Positions 12,960-30,971 of a stretch of 64,000 nucleotides of DNA are shown here, piece after piece; position 1 is the stretch's first letter, and each line of letters starts with the position of its first letter. The DNA comes from Eledone cirrhosa (lineage: Eukaryota), in the NCBI GenBank assembly GCA_964016885.1, contig CAXHJY010000971.1:1-64000 (forward strand), written 5' to 3'. The translations under genes and the position numbers were made by a program. Below the pieces are notes generated by a model that worked only from the letters and a program-made list of their open reading frames with translations, was not told the origin of the DNA and searched no databases.

Positions 12960-13313
12960 ATGGAGGCACATGGCTTAGTGGTTAGAGCATTGGCCTTGCA
13001 ATCGAAAGGTTGTGAGTTCAATTCTTGGACCGAGTCATTGTTTGCTTGACCGGTCTTGTTTCTTTCAGCAAGACATTTTATTTCCCATTGATCCAGTTTA
13101 CTCAGCTGTAGAAATGAGACGATAGGGACTGGAGTCCATATCATTCCACTGCAAAGTGGTCGTGGAGGTGCCACGGCAAAAAAAGCACCCAGCACTCACT
13201 GTAAATGAGGTTTGTGTTCGGAAGGGCATCCAGCTGTAGAAATCAAGCCAGAATCAATTCCCGTCCCACCCTTGCAAGCAGGGAAAAAGCGGACGTAAAA
13301 TGAAATGATGATG
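12960..13313 (+). mobile_element. tRNA-derived SINE, apparently full length
   Basis: A-box TGGCTTAGTGG (~12971), B-box GAGTTCAATTC (~13014), tRNA-like head, body with ggaagggcatccagctgtagaaa, tail ending aaatgatgatg. Confidence 0.85.
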
Positions 13314-13317
13314 TATG

Positions 13318-13392
<75 letters not shown>

Positions 13393-13436
13393 ATGTATGT
13401 ATACATATGTATGTATGTATGTATATATATATATAT

Positions 13437-16218
13437 CCTGGTGTTGCCCTGCCCAAAAGATTGAATGCTGCTCGTCTTAAGGATAAAAATGTGAAGAGGA
13501 CATTGGAAGACGAGATGCAGGCTGCAGATCTTGGTGGGGATTGGCCGACCCTTAAAAAGTCGGTTTATGATGTAGGCAGGCGTGTTCTGTGATTGGCGCA
13601 GAGGAAACATCAGGACTGGTTTAATGAGAATGATGTACATATAGAAGATTTGTTGGCTGATAAGAGGCGTGCTCTGTAACGCTACTTGATGGCAAAACCA
13701 CAGAAGAGGAGTACGTTGCATGAGGAAATCAGGGATGTAAAATCACGTGTTAGGCGGAGTCTTTCTCAGATGAAGGATCAGTGGTGGAGTGAGAAGGCTG
13801 GTGAGGTACAAACTGCGTCTGATTCCAATAACACAAAGCTGTTGTACCGTCTCTTGCGTGAGGTTTATGGACCGTCTTCTTCTCTGGTGACACCGCTTCG
13901 CAGAAAGGATGGCAAAGAACTTCTTCGTGACTCACAAGGAATACTACGAAGGTGGCAAGAGCACTTTGATGATCTTTTGAATCAGCCGTCTGTCGTCAGT
14001 GAAGATTTCCTCAATCTCATTCCAGAATGTCCTGTGAAAGTAGCTCTCGCAGAACCTCCGACGCTTGTGGAGGTTGCAGTGGCTATTTCGAAGCTGAACA
14101 GTGGAAGATCTCCAGGTATGGATGGTATACATGCTGAGCTCCTACAATATGGTTGTGAGAGACTGCTGCAACATCTTCCCTCTTTGTTTGGCAGGATATG
14201 CGCTAATGAATCCGTACCTGAGGACTGGAGAGATGCTGTAATGGTGGTCTTGTACAAGGGAAAGGGTAACAGGAATTATTGTGGGAACTAAAGAGGTATA
14301 TCATTGCTTTCTGTCGTAGGGAAAGTTTTATGTAGGGTGCTTCTGGACCGTCTGCTGACACACATTGCAGATTGTGTTCTTCCTGAAAGTCAATCTGGTT
14401 TTCGTGCTGGACGCGGCACTACTGATATGATCTTCTCAGCTAGTCAGCTCCAGGAGAAGTGCATGGAACAAGGCTTGGATCTGTATCAGGTTTTTGTCGA
14501 TCTGACAAAAGCTTTCGATACTGTTAACAGAGATGCATTAAGGAAGGTTCTCCAGAAACTTGGTTGCCCTGATAAGTTCCTTGCTTTAGTTAGGTCTTTC
14601 CTTGACGACATGAAGGCTTGGGTTAATGTCGGGGATAACATGTCGGAGCCTATCTCAGTAAAAGTTGGAGTGAAACAGGGGGATATTCCAGCACATGTTT
14701 GCCATATACTTTGCAATGGTTTTCTGTATTGGATTCAAGAATTGCGAGCATGGTGTTTACATCCGATATCGAACCTCAGGCAGCATATTTAACATCAGGC
14801 GCTTTGCTGCGAAGACAAAAGTATTTACATCAATCATAAGAGACCTCTTGTATGCAGATGATTGCGATCTTGTAGCGCACACAGAGAGTGATATGCAGCA
14901 CATTTTGAATGCATTTTCTGACGCTTGCACTGCCCTAGGTTTGACTGTCAGTCTCAAGAAAACCGTCGTCATGTACCAATCTGGCCCAGGTAAGCAGTAC
15001 ACTGAACCAAACATCTATGTGTATGGCAAACGACTTGGAGTGGTTGATCAGTTCGTCTACCTGGGAAGCACTGTCAATCGATACAGCAACCTTGACAGTG
15101 AAATCTCACTTAGGATTAGGAAAGCAAGTGATGCTTTCGGAAAGCTAGAAAGGCGACTCTGGGGTCGGCGAGACATATGCAGGAGGACAAAGGTAAAGGT
15201 GTACAGGGCCTGTGTTCTCTCTTGTCTTCTTTATGCCTGCGAGACCTGGGTCACATATTGACACCACCTTAAGCAATTGGAGCGTTTCCATCAGATGTGT
15301 CTCAGACGGATCCATGACGTTCACTGGAGGGACCACATCAGTGATGTCGGGAATTTGGAAAGCTCAATGTGTGACAGTATAGAAGCTCTTGTGCTTAAGC
15401 AACGACTCCGTTGGAGTGGTCACCTTGCCAGGATGAAGGATTCTAGAATACCAAAACAAGTCTTTTATGGAGAGTTGGTTAAAGGAAAACGACCGCCACA
15501 TAAACCAAAAAAGAAGTATAAGGATTCCTTGAAAGCCTCTCTGAAAGACGCTAACATCTCTGCTGATACATGGGAGAATATTGCTGCTGATCGTAATAAA
15601 TTGAGAAAGACTGTATATGAGGGAAAAGTTGCCTTTGAGGCATCTCGAATCGCATACGAGAAAGTAAAGCGGGATGTGAGGAAGGGCATTGCTGTTGCAC
15701 TTCCAGACGGCGAGGGTCCTCCTATGGTGCTGACATGCAGCGTCTGTGCGAGACTCTGCCTAAGCAAAGCTGGACTCGAAAGTCATCTTCGCAGTCATAA
15801 AGTAAGACCAGTGGTTGACTACCAGGCTGCTGTTGGAGATGCTACTCATCATGTTTGCCAAACATGTGGTAGAGAACGTAAATCAGCAGGAGGGCTCAAG
15901 CGACATACAAAAGTACACGAACACCAACCACAGCCGACTATTCCCAGTAAATGTTTTGGTTGCCGACTCTGTGCAAGACATTTTAGATCATTGGCTGCGC
16001 TAAAAAGCTACATTCGATCGCAACGCTGTTAGTTGCTCTCGTGTGTGTGTGTGTGTGTGTGTAGATATGCTTATGTGTGTGCGTGTGTGTGTATATATAT
16101 ATGTATATGTATATTATTATTGTTGTCGTTATTATTATTGTTGTTATTATTATTGTTATTATTATAGTTATTATTATTCTTATTAATGTATGTGTGTGTG
16201 TATATGTGTGTGTGAGTA

Positions 16219-16297
<79 letters not shown>

Positions 16298-16324
16298 CTT
16301 TTTTATTTTATTTTTTTTTTATTA

Positions 16325-16362
<38 letters not shown>

Positions 16363-16427
16363 TTTTTTTTTTTGTTTTATTTCTCCTCGTGCAATGGCCA
16401 TACTCGATAACGAGGGGGCAGCCATCA
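13437..16427 (+). pseudogene. RTE LINE copy 3: 5'-truncated, with stops and a frameshift
   Basis: Starts at the [10 protein letters not shown] codons; several stops including TAA 14289-14291 shared with copy 2; 5-bp deletion near 14694; same 3' motif. Confidence 0.93.
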
Positions 16428-16445
16428 TATATATATGTATGTATG

Positions 16446-18958
<2,513 letters not shown>

Positions 18959-19380
18959 AGAGAAATAGAGAGGTGTGCTCATGCACGGAGATGTTATGAA
19001 ATAGGGTGAAGTCCCTTAGATCAGGGAAAAGAAGTTGCTACCGCTAGTCCATATCTGGGAGATACGCGGCTCGGTTCCTCACAGCGGCCGATGGGAATTT
19101 CTTTTTCCGTCTCTTGAATGTATGTTTTTTGTTTTTTTTCACCTCACACGTGTAATAATATCGCCACATATTTCTCCATCTTTCTCAATGTTTGAAAATA
19201 AAGAAATTTATGTAAAAGTTAAAACGTATTGTAATTCAAACTTTCTTAAAGGGTCCAATTGCATCTTCAAATTCATTTTCCTATATATATTTACATACGA
19301 AATGTGGTGAGAATTATATGCTATATATATGTTTATATATATATATATATACAAGGTTGTGATAATCATATAATATATAT

Positions 19381-19485
<105 letters not shown>

Positions 19486-20964
19486 CGCGCAAGGAGTGAG
19501 AATCATATACAATATCAAAATTTACACTAATAACAATGATAATATGCTCTTGAAGAATATTATAAATTGTTATACTTCTGGGCAAGTGTTAAATATAACT
19601 GTTTACATTCGATCCCAGCCTGTGCCAAGTACATATGATGTTCAATTGGTTTCCAAATCATCATCGATTGTGATTTCTACATATAATACTGAGATATAGT
19701 GAGGGTGAAGAGAGAAAGAAAGGTAGGAGAAGGATTTGAATGTATCTGACAATAACATCAATACGACATGATAACAAAGTAATACAAGATCCTAGTGAAA
19801 AATTAATTAACCGATTGAAATACTCAAAGTGATGGTCAGACACGAAGGTATATCTATGATTCTATATTGTTGATATCCAGTTTTACCTCTTCTACACCTT
19901 TCTTCAAATTGCAAGAATGATGAAATTGAGAATATCTAAATCAATTTTCCAATTCAATAATTTATTTCTATGCGCTGTTAGCTCGTCTTTCAGGAATGTT
20001 TTTATTATTCCTTCCGTTTACCTATAGAAACAGAAATAAATAATGAGCAATATTCCTAGCAGCTGGAGACAATTTTCTGTCTGACAAATATATCAAAATG
20101 AGGAATATACGTAGTGCATTTATTCCTATCACGGATTTCAGAAACAAAATCAGGACTTAAAATCTGTTTTACCATTCTTTTGCTATTCCATATGGGATCT
20201 TTATCACAATAATTTTGTTTATTTTAACGATGGAATCTTTACAAGTAATTTTCTTAAAAACTGTAGTACATTTGTTGACATTTATCACTTTATCTTCTGA
20301 TGAAAATAACTTATTATTACATACGTGTGGACGTTAGGTTTCTTTTACAACGTATGTGCAAAAGTTGAAAAGGTTTTAATCGGAGAAAAATAAATTTCGA
20401 ATGTAGATGTCTATTGACAGTATTTCCACAATGATGAATTACAAATCTGTGATGTAAACCTTTCAAATATAATCCCTTGTGTGTGTAGGTGTATATGTGT
20501 GCACACGCATCATACATGCATATATGCAATCCTGCAGACACATATTTAGATGCGTATATACCGACATCCATCAATACATTCATCAATCTTTTCAACATGC
20601 TTCCATACATATATTCATATGAAAGGAAATTAATAATATTTCTGTTTATGTCAAACACCTCAAGATTGTTAAAAAGTTCACGTATCTCAATGTGATGAAT
20701 ATATCTTCTTCCACTTTCTTATTCTGTCTATCTTTCTTCACACTTTGAATAACAATTTCCATTCTCTCAGTCTATTTCAATATCTCACTCCCTCTCAAAG
20801 TTTCTCTTTTTCTCTATATAAAGTGCGAAAGAGGGTGAGAGTGCCTGCCAGTGGGAAAATAACTTTACTGGATTGTTCTTAAAATAAAATAAAAAATAAA
20901 AAACGGGAAAATGACACTTGCTTTCAAAAAAGATATTGTTTTTCAAAACACTGGAATATAGTTG

Positions 20965-21090
20965 ACGATTTGGCAGGGTCATTAAAACGTCGGATGAAAT
21001 ACATTGCTGTATTCGTTCCGACTTACAGAGCTTTGAGTTCAAATCCTGCTGTGTTCAATATAACCTTAAAACGTTCGAGGTCGACAGGTC
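20965..21090 (+). mobile_element. Diverged tRNA-SINE fragment
   Basis: ttggcag..A-box-like sequence, tgagttcaaatcc B-box, gaggtcgac core remnant. Confidence 0.5.
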
Positions 21091-22064
21091 CACTATTGGG
21101 TTGATACTTCTTTGTTCCTTTTTTCCCTTTTCAATCTCTTTCTCTTTCTTTGGAATAAGTTAGTTGTGTTCATCCATGGGGAGGGATAGTCTCCACAATG
21201 TTCAACATGTGCATGACATGTCGCTATGATTTTATCAGAAGTTAAAGGTCCATGCATACAATCTCTGACATCGGCTGTAAGATTAATTAATAGGATTTAG
21301 GAACTCCAATAATAATATTAAGATACTTAAACTTTGCGGAGCCATTCTGTGTATATTTTTTAATATATTCTGGTGTAAATTGCTCGTTGGAAGGATACCT
21401 CAACAGGTTAAGTCTAGGGCAATATTTGCATCTGTACTAGGATATTAATAAATTCATCTCCAGTGTTCTAAAATGAAAAAACTGTACAGGCCTTCGCACC
21501 GTTTGCCGTCCGAGACCTCGGACTTTCTCAGACCCCATACTAGCGAGCTTCTCTTTAAGATCGGATCGTCAGCAGTCCATTGCGGTGATAGTTGGTGTCG
21601 CTGGTTATTATCTGTGGAAATGCCTTTGCAGATTGGTCCGTGGGGGCAGCTGAAACACCGCCCGTCCCAGGCATAGAATGTATCACCCTGACTCCTTCCC
21701 GCCCCTTTCTTCCTTGGCCTCATAGACCTTGCTTTTCCCCCTTTTCCTCTTATTTATGGCATTTAAAGCCATTTCTCCTACTTTCCTATGCAGTCAGATC
21801 TTCCCTACTTTACCCTCCCACCTCTGTACATTTCTTGGCTTCGTTTGTATCCTTTTTTTTCTTTTTTCCTTTTATTTCTTATTTTCATCAATATTTACAA
21901 TACAACTTATATACAACTGTGGATCGAATATTATAAACCGGTCTAAATATTCATATTTGCTCTCAACACACATATTGTGCTATTACAAAACATATTGAAT
22001 ATAGAGTTTAACATGTAAAATAGTGAGATGAATAACTGATTAACTGATTATCAAGTCAGTCATT

Positions 22065-22212
22065 TGACGCATAGAGTTACGGCCCTTGCCATTCTGAGTT
22101 CAAATCCCGCCGAGGTTACCTTTGCTTTTCATCCTTCCGGGGTCGATAAAATAAAGTACCAGTAATGCACTGGTTAATTGCTGGCCTTGTGCCCAAAGTA
22201 GAAACAATTATC
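22065..22212 (+). mobile_element. tRNA-SINE, B-box to 3' end
   Basis: ctgagttcaaatcccgccgagg..catccttccggggtcgataaaataaagtaccag..gtagaaacaatt; flanked by the direct repeat ttatcaagtcagtcatt (22048 and 22208), a candidate target-site duplication. Confidence 0.8.
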
Positions 22213-23865
22213 AAGTCAGTCATTATGCACAAAGTTTCTGTATGGGTGTGTTTAAAAAAATAAACATGGAGGATGAGTCGTATAAAATACTAATTAAAAT
22301 ATATGAAAAATAAATATGATGCATATAAACATGAATTTTCTCTTTAAGTATTTACTCACAAGTGAAAAATGTTAAGTTGTGATGTAACTTCTTGAAAAGA
22401 ATGATCAGTTTGAATAAAACAAAACGTAATGGTTTCGTGAAGTTAATATAAAACTAACAGAATATTCTGCAATATTTTAGGAACCATTTTGCGCATTTGT
22501 TACATATACTAAATTTGTGTTAATATTTATATACCACAATATAATCCCCAAATACAATAAAAGTTTTAAAGAATAAGAAAAAAAACTAAATAACCATTTA
22601 ATATTTCATAGTTATGTGTTATACACCAGGTGAAAAAACTTCCATACTTCTCTATTTTTTATGAAGAGAAACATATTTGTATTTCAAAATGATTCTATAA
22701 TGTGAGACCGTTCAGGGATCCGAATAATTGCCTTTCGATAGGAGTTGGGGATCCACTATGTCTAAAACAGAGATATTACTATAATTATAAGTTCATAAAA
22801 ATAACATGAATTTGTAAATTTCATTTGCTTGCGAGTAATAATAAAAATTGGAGGGCAATTAAACATGTAAAATAATTAATCATTTAGAAGTAATAAATTG
22901 ATGGAGCCTCATATACAATATATTAATGTTTGCATTGAGCTTTTGGATATTTCATTTGGTTTTTAATACAGGATGAATGAAAAATATAATTCTAAATTTC
23001 AGGGAGTCGAATCATAATAAATAAACCACTATACGTTGGAAGAGAGATGCGGGGAGAATGTGTTTGTTATAAAATGGATTCCTGCTATATTAAAACAAAT
23101 GAGAATCCTTTTTTCACGAGAGGACAGAAAATATCACATCCAGTATTCGAAAGATATGGAATTCTAATCCTCGTGTGATACTCTCTATATTTTATTGTTT
23201 CTAAGTGTAATGAGCCCGGTTTTATGGACTATTTATTTTAGTGATACAGTATTATTACAGTCAATTTCTGAGTTTTAATGCTCACATTTTCACACACACA
23301 TATAATTATTTAAATTCCAAGCAATGATTTTTATTGAAGCCCATGCAAAGCATGATTTTGACCCTTTAGAAGGCTAGGATCACACAGCGGTAAGTTTTTG
23401 AGAGAAAACCTCATTAATTTAGCATGATTTCAATAAGTCAGCAATATTCTGTGCCGGAAAATCGCTGTATGTTTGTATGTGTTAAAAAGTGGATAGTATT
23501 TATATGAACATTTGTTTAGCATTATAAATAGCAAATTTACATTAAAACATTTTTAAAATTAACTTTACTTTAATATTATGTTGATTTGTGTTGTCTGTAA
23601 AAAATAATTTTATACTATGCAGAAAATTATTGGTGACAAAGTTTGTGGAATTCACTTAGCAATAGGCGTCTAAAATATTCTTAATGAGTAATTAAAGGGA
23701 AACAATCTATAAAGCGGTATGACTTAGTCTTATTCAATAGTTTTGTTTAGTATTGGGAGAAATACTAAATTGATCAAAACTAAATATATAACCATATTAA
23801 ATATATATACCTATGTGTGATGGAATGGAATTTGCTAAAATAGCTGGGTAGATTTAATTTAAATT

Positions 23866-24293
23866 GTATTTGTTACTTGTTTTAGCTGCATAGTCAGGCA
23901 GTAAGATGGTATTTGTTACTAGTTTTAACTGTATAGTCAGGCAGTCAGATGGTATTTGTTATTAGTTTTAACTGTATAGTCAGGCAGTCAGATGGTATTT
24001 GTTACTAGTTTTAACTGTATAGTCAGGCAGTAAGATGGTATTTGTTACTAGTTTTAACTGTATAGTCAGGCAGTAAGATGGTATTTGTTACTAGTTTTAA
24101 CTGTATAGTCAGGCAGTAAGATGGTATTTGTTACTAGTTTTAACCGCATAGTCAGGCAGTAAGATGGTATTTGTTACTAGTTTTAACTGCATAGTCAGGC
24201 AGTAAGATGGTATTTGTTACTAGTTTTAACCGCATAGTCAGGCAGTAAGATGGTATTTGTTACTAGTTTTAACTGCATAGTCAGGCAGTAAGA
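23866..24293. repeat. 43-bp minisatellite, about 10 copies
   Basis: Unit GTATTTGTTACTAGTTTTAACTGTATAGTCAGGCAGTAAGATG in head-to-tail tandem with no spacers. Confidence 0.95.
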
Positions 24294-24887
24294 TTATGTT
24301 TGACTATGAAACATCTTGATAATATAGTATATGTGCAAATTATAATATAGTTATCTGTGGAAATCAATTTTGTACTATGTGTTGAAATTAAATTCCTATT
24401 TCCGAGTGTATTTGAATGTTTAGTACACAGGTCAATGCATTTAGATTTTCAGATTGTTTCAGATATAGTGTGTTTAGGTACATGAGACGTGATGGAGGTA
24501 TAATGGTTAAAATGAATTATGTAGTGTATCTAATAAAAATGTAGATCTATAATATAATTTGTAAACCAGATATTGTTATTACTTTTGTGAGGTAAATTTA
24601 TATTCATTTCGCGTGTTACTGTGTAGCAAATACATTAAGAATTATTGTAAAAATATTACTTTATAATAAGCAGGGTAACGTAGGAGGAAATATTGTTGGT
24701 AGTGACATGAGAAAGTAGATCATGCCTGCATGAGCTCGTAAATCCTGAGGTAGCCGTAAAGACGCCGTACGATATACGCCGTTTCCGGGGCCCATCTCAT
24801 GTCCAGGTTTGAATAAAGCAGATTTCTCTCAGAGAAGGGATGAAACTGAGAGTGAGGAAGTGAGAAAGATGTATAGAAGAATAATCC

Positions 24888-25040
24888 ACACCAGTACTAG
24901 ATTGCTAATTTTCTGTCGACCTCGAACGGATGAAAGGCAAAGATGATCTCGGCACGAATTGAACCAAGTGAGTAGAAATCCAAAACGAATATCTCAAAGC
25001 ATTCTATCTGACGTTCTAACGAGTCTACCAATTCGCCGCT
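24888..25040 (-). mobile_element. tRNA-SINE, diverged copy
   Basis: Reverse strand: gcggcgaattggtagactcgttagaacg..ggttcaattc..gcctttcatccgttcgaggtcgac..gtactgg. Confidence 0.7.
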
Positions 25041-26294
25041 TTAGAATAAAGTTAATCAAGGATTAAATATATGATATATGAATATAAATATTGCAATCTA
25101 AGGGCGCGATTGCAGTAGTTGAACTATGTGTTAGGTAAAACATACTTATAGGTAAGTATTATTTATAAAGTTACCTATAAGTACCAGTGATGCACTGGGT
25201 AATTGCTGGCCTTGTGCCAAAAGTAGAAACAATTATTTACGTTAAGTGTTGAGAATAAAACGTGCTGATATTTATAACACAAGTGGCTTTATGCTTCAGT
25301 ATAATAATCAAATAAGCAGTAGCATGATGTGTTTGACTAGGTAATAATATTGCTACATAAAGTTTTAAGTGTGCAAAAACAATGTAATATACAGCGCTGT
25401 GGGTATTTTTATGGAGATAGCTAGTGTAACTGTGGTTGACATAACATTTCTTACCGCAACTCTATTTATTGTATATTGGCCAATTCATTTACGATATCAA
25501 ATGGAATCCTACAAAGGTTACATGAATGAGAACTGTACGAGCATTTATATCGACAGAGAAGTGGTGTTATGTGAATTATCTAATGCAGGGTTTCGTTTTA
25601 TAAACGTTAAATGAATATGGTGTGCATGGGATCAATCAATGATTAATTGTTACTTGTAGATTCTTAGTGTTTCGATATTGGATTTCTACCTTTAAGGTTA
25701 GATTTAATAACAGAAATCTCTTGATGTTTCAAAGGGTTCCTGGGCACAGTTGTACAAATTTCAATTAACAGTAAACTGATGTGAGTTTGTGGAGAAAATT
25801 TCCAGACTTTTCACTGAATATTTTTGACAACGTTTTGTGGCTTGTATAAGAATTGTAGCCGGTTCAACCGACATTCTCCTCATCCCTTCCCACACTCGAA
25901 AATCGATGGTCTTGAGCCTAAATCAGAGGCCATTATATTTCTAGCAACTTCTGCAGGATTTGATTTCAAATCCGACCGAGGTTTGCTTTGGTTTTTATTT
26001 TTATGGGGGGGATAAAAACAGTTCTAGTAATGCACTGGAGTGGATTTATTGGACATTCCCCTCCCACCTTGCCACTTGCCTCAATCAAAAACCGTTATAT
26101 TTTTGACATTTAATATCCCATTTGCATTATTGCATCTATCTAAAAAAATAAATTCTAATCTTTCCATAATGCATCAAGCATATTACGGTAACCTCTTTGA
26201 ATATCATAATTTAATCAGAACTGAAGAAAAATTGGATATAGCTATATTTATATCAAAAACCTCGCAAAACAAATATATCAAAATCAATATAATT

Positions 26295-26296
<2 letters not shown>

Positions 26297-26390
<94 letters not shown>
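26297..26390. repeat. (GT)n microsatellite
   Basis: Seen directly. Confidence 0.97.
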
Positions 26391-26392
<2 letters not shown>

Positions 26393-27235
26393 TTTTGTCA
26401 CCATTACTTTACCCGATTTTCTCAATTATTTTATATCGTGATGGATTATTATTATGGGATTTTGGGACGTGCAGATTTCATATATTTTTGTAAGCAAGTC
26501 TTCTCTAAACGTAGTTGTGTAGTGAACGGACTCAACAACATAGGAATTGAGAAAATTGAAATGAATTAATGGACAGACTATCGAGATATTTTATAATGAT
26601 TCTCAAATCACCTCTGTTTTATTATAGAAAATACTACACAGTCATTGGTTATTTGTTCCTTCTGACAGTTTGTTTACGAAACAGAACAACTTCTCTTATT
26701 GTTGTACCCACCTAAAACAATACTGAGATAATGACGTTTACAATGATTTTGTAACAACCATATTCTCGTTTTAAATTAGATTTCAACTCTAGAGAAGTCT
26801 GCTGCAAGAATAAAGAAATGTATTTGTTGGAGTACATATTGTGTACGACAGATACTACTGGTATATATTATGTTTGTGACGACAACCTCCATAGAACACT
26901 ATGAACTTCCCCATCTATTTTCAGCAAATAACAGCCAGAAACCAGTTAAGATATGTAATTAGGTGTAACTCTTCTTCAGATGAGAATTGTGTCCCAAAGA
27001 TAAGGAAATAAATTTTTGATTGAAGAGTATACTCCTCTTCTGCAGATATTACAGTTCGTTTTTGTCTTTCAAGAGAGATTGTTAATTGATCGATTGATAC
27101 AGTAAAACTATATTTCATGAGAAGAAAAATGCACAGTTGTGTTTGGAAAGATATATTATATTTGTAATGTGCAACGAATATTTTAAAGATAGATAATACG
27201 ATATGTAGACGAGTAAACTCAATCACATATATGGT

Positions 27236-27268
<33 letters not shown>

Positions 27269-27408
27269 TTTATATCAGAACCGTAGATAAGAACCGTAGA
27301 GCAAATATTTATTAAAATAACAGATTCAAGTTTAAGCAAAGAATCGCTGCTTTCACCCTTAACGGTTAAATGCTTAAATTCTTTGCTTAAACTTTAATCT
27401 GTTATTTT

Positions 27409-27452
<44 letters not shown>

Positions 27453-27581
27453 GAAGTTCTATTTAAATTGTTGGGATACAACAAGCAAATATTGTTATAA
27501 CTGATATAAAGCACTCAACAAATTATTGGAGTAAAAATACAATATATTAACAAATGGAAACTATATTTATAAAACCATATT

Positions 27582-27646
27582 TATTTCATTATACATATTT
27601 CAAGGACACCAAGTTAAATTATGGTGTGCTTTCATCAGATAAAATA
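27582..27646 (-). ncRNA. Minimal type-I hammerhead ribozyme, family A, with compensatory stem II changes
   Basis: CUGAUGA-AAGCACACCA..UGGUGUCCUU-GAAA; two base pairs differ from the 11462 copy while pairing is kept. Confidence 0.82.
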
Positions 27647-27899
27647 TAATATAGAGCAGTTTTATTAATACATATTGACATACCCTTAAAGAATGCGACC
27701 ATTTCTGTTGGAAGCTCCCGGATAGTATATATATATATATAAATGTATATTGTGTATATTAATATATTATATATATATTATATATCATATATATAAATTC
27801 ATATAGTATATATTATATATATGTATATTATATATAATATATATATGTTATATATATATATAAATTAATATTTTATATATTGTATATATATAAATAAAG

Positions 27900-28090
27900 A
27901 GGTCGGTGTATTGGCAGTATCGGTAGAGGGTGAGACGCCATGCTTTGCAGTATAGTTACGTCCATTTACGAACTGAGTTCAAATCTCGCCGGGGTTAATT
28001 TTGCCTTTCCTCCTTACGGGGTCGATAAAATAAAGTACCAGTAATACACTGGGATAATTGCTGAACTAATGCCAAAAGTAGAAACAATTA
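27900..28090 (+). mobile_element. tRNA-SINE, near full length
   Basis: A-box-like TGGCAGTATCGG, B-box GAGTTCAAATC, core ggggtcgataaaataaagtaccag, tail gtagaaacaatt. Confidence 0.8.
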
Positions 28091-28716
28091 TATATATATA
28101 TATAAATTTATATAGTATATATCATATATCATACATGTATGTTATATATGATATATATATATATTTATATATGTTACATATATATATATATATATATAAA
28201 TTCATATATATATATATCATATATAATCATATATATATTATATATATGTATATATAAATATATATATATATAAATTTATGTAGTATATATTATATATATA
28301 TAAATTATATATATATATATATATAAATTTATGTAATATATATTATATATATATATTATATATATATATATATATATAAATTTATATAATATATTTTATA
28401 TATATATATATATATATAAATTCATATAATATATATATATATATATATAAATTTATATATATATATTATATATATATATATATATATAAATTTATATAAT
28501 ATATATTATATATATATATATAAATTTATTAAATATATATTGTATATATATATATATATAAATTTATATAATACATATTATATATATATATATATATATA
28601 TATGCATTTATATGATATATATTATATATATATATATAAATTTATATAATACATATTATATATTATATATATATATATATATATATGAATTTATATAATA
28701 TATATTATATATTAGT

Positions 28717-28774
<58 letters not shown>

Positions 28775-28786
28775 AATTTATATAAG

Positions 28787-28818
<32 letters not shown>

Positions 28819-28831
28819 CAAATTTATATAA

Positions 28832-28862
<31 letters not shown>

Positions 28863-29213
28863 AATTTATATAATATATATTATATATATATATATATATA
28901 AATTTATATAATATATATTATATATATATATATATAAATTTATATAACATATATTATATATATATATATATATACAAATTTATATAATATATATTATATA
29001 TATATATATATATACATTTTATATAATATATATTATATATATATATATATATAGATATACAAATTTATATAATATATATTATATATATATTTATGTATAT
29101 ATATATATATATATATATATAAATTTATATCATATATATTATATATATATATATATATGTAAATTTATATCATATATATTATATATATATATATAAATTT
29201 ATATCATATATAT

Positions 29214-29250
<37 letters not shown>

Positions 29251-29282
29251 ATATATTAATTTATATAATATATATTATATAG

Positions 29283-29314
<32 letters not shown>

Positions 29315-29476
29315 ATATATATATTAATTTATATAATATATATTATATAGATATATATATGTATATATTTATATATATAATATATATATATATATTTATA
29401 TATATATATATATATATATAAGTTTATATAATATATATTATATATATATATATATAAATTTATATAATATATATTA

Positions 29477-29512
<36 letters not shown>

Positions 29513-29535
29513 TTTATATAATATATATTATATAG

Positions 29536-29602
<67 letters not shown>

Positions 29603-30430
29603 ATATAAATGTATATATTATATATATATATAAAAATTTATATAATATATATTATATATATATATATATATAAATTTATATAATATATATTTATTTATAT
29701 ATATATATATATAAATGTATATATTATATATATATATAAAAATTTATATAATATATATTATATATATATATATATATAAATTTATATAATATATATTTAT
29801 ATATATATATATATATATAAATTTATATAATATATATTATATATATATATATATAAACTTATATAATATATATATAAATTTATATAATATATATTATATT
29901 TATATATATATATATATATATATATAGTATTAAGGATACTATTTATGGTTATGTATATAATAAAACCTTTTATCGTTATATATATTTAAACTCTAAATAG
30001 TGAAAGACTGTAATTCATTACTATCTTATTACCAGTAAGATAAATAGCTCAATGTAATAACATCAGTTGATTTACAGAGCAGTTATATAGAAATTACATG
30101 AATCAAAGTTCAGTTTAAATCATTTATTTGCTTACAATTGTTTCCTCCAAACCGAGGTTTGGATTCTTCGGAGCAAATATTTAGTGATTTTTCACATTCT
30201 TGACCTCCTTATCAACACAAGAGACATACAAAAACATATGTATATATTGAACCACAGTGGGTTGACATCCATCTTAATGATTTAGCATGGTAATTTACAT
30301 ACAAAGGTTAGTCATATTAAAGGACAAAATTAAAGTATATATATTAAAATATATATATATATATATATAAATTTATATAACATATAATAAATTATATATT
30401 ATATATATATATATATATAAATTTATATAA

Positions 30431-30462
<32 letters not shown>

Positions 30463-30505
30463 TTACATTTATAATATATTTTATATATATATATATATAT
30501 AAATT

Positions 30506-30547
<42 letters not shown>

Positions 30548-30735
30548 TATTATATATATATATATATATAAATTTATATAATATATTTATATATTATATA
30601 TATATATATACATAAATTTATATAATATATTTATATATTATATATATATATATACATAAATTTATATAATATATATTATATATATATATTTTACATTTAT
30701 ATAATATATTTTATATATATATATATATATAAATT

Positions 30736-30773
<38 letters not shown>

Positions 30774-30888
30774 AATTTATATATATATATATATAAAATA
30801 TATTATATAAATGTAAATATATATATATATATAATATATATTATATAAATTTATGTATATATATATATATATATATATTATATAAATT

Positions 30889-30919
<31 letters not shown>

Positions 30920-30927
30920 TTATATAA

Positions 30928-30971
<44 letters not shown>

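Noticed and set aside
12960-13035. tRNA gene
   Set aside because: The tRNA-like head runs on into a SINE body and lacks a paired acceptor stem
23866-24293. CRISPR-like regular repeat
   Set aside because: Units are contiguous with no unique spacers, there are no cas genes, and the context is eukaryotic
24748-24808. Hammerhead-like stem III on the minus strand (GAAACGGCGTA..TACGGCGTC)
   Set aside because: The upstream core reads CATGAGA rather than CTGANGA and stems I and II are weak; not supportable
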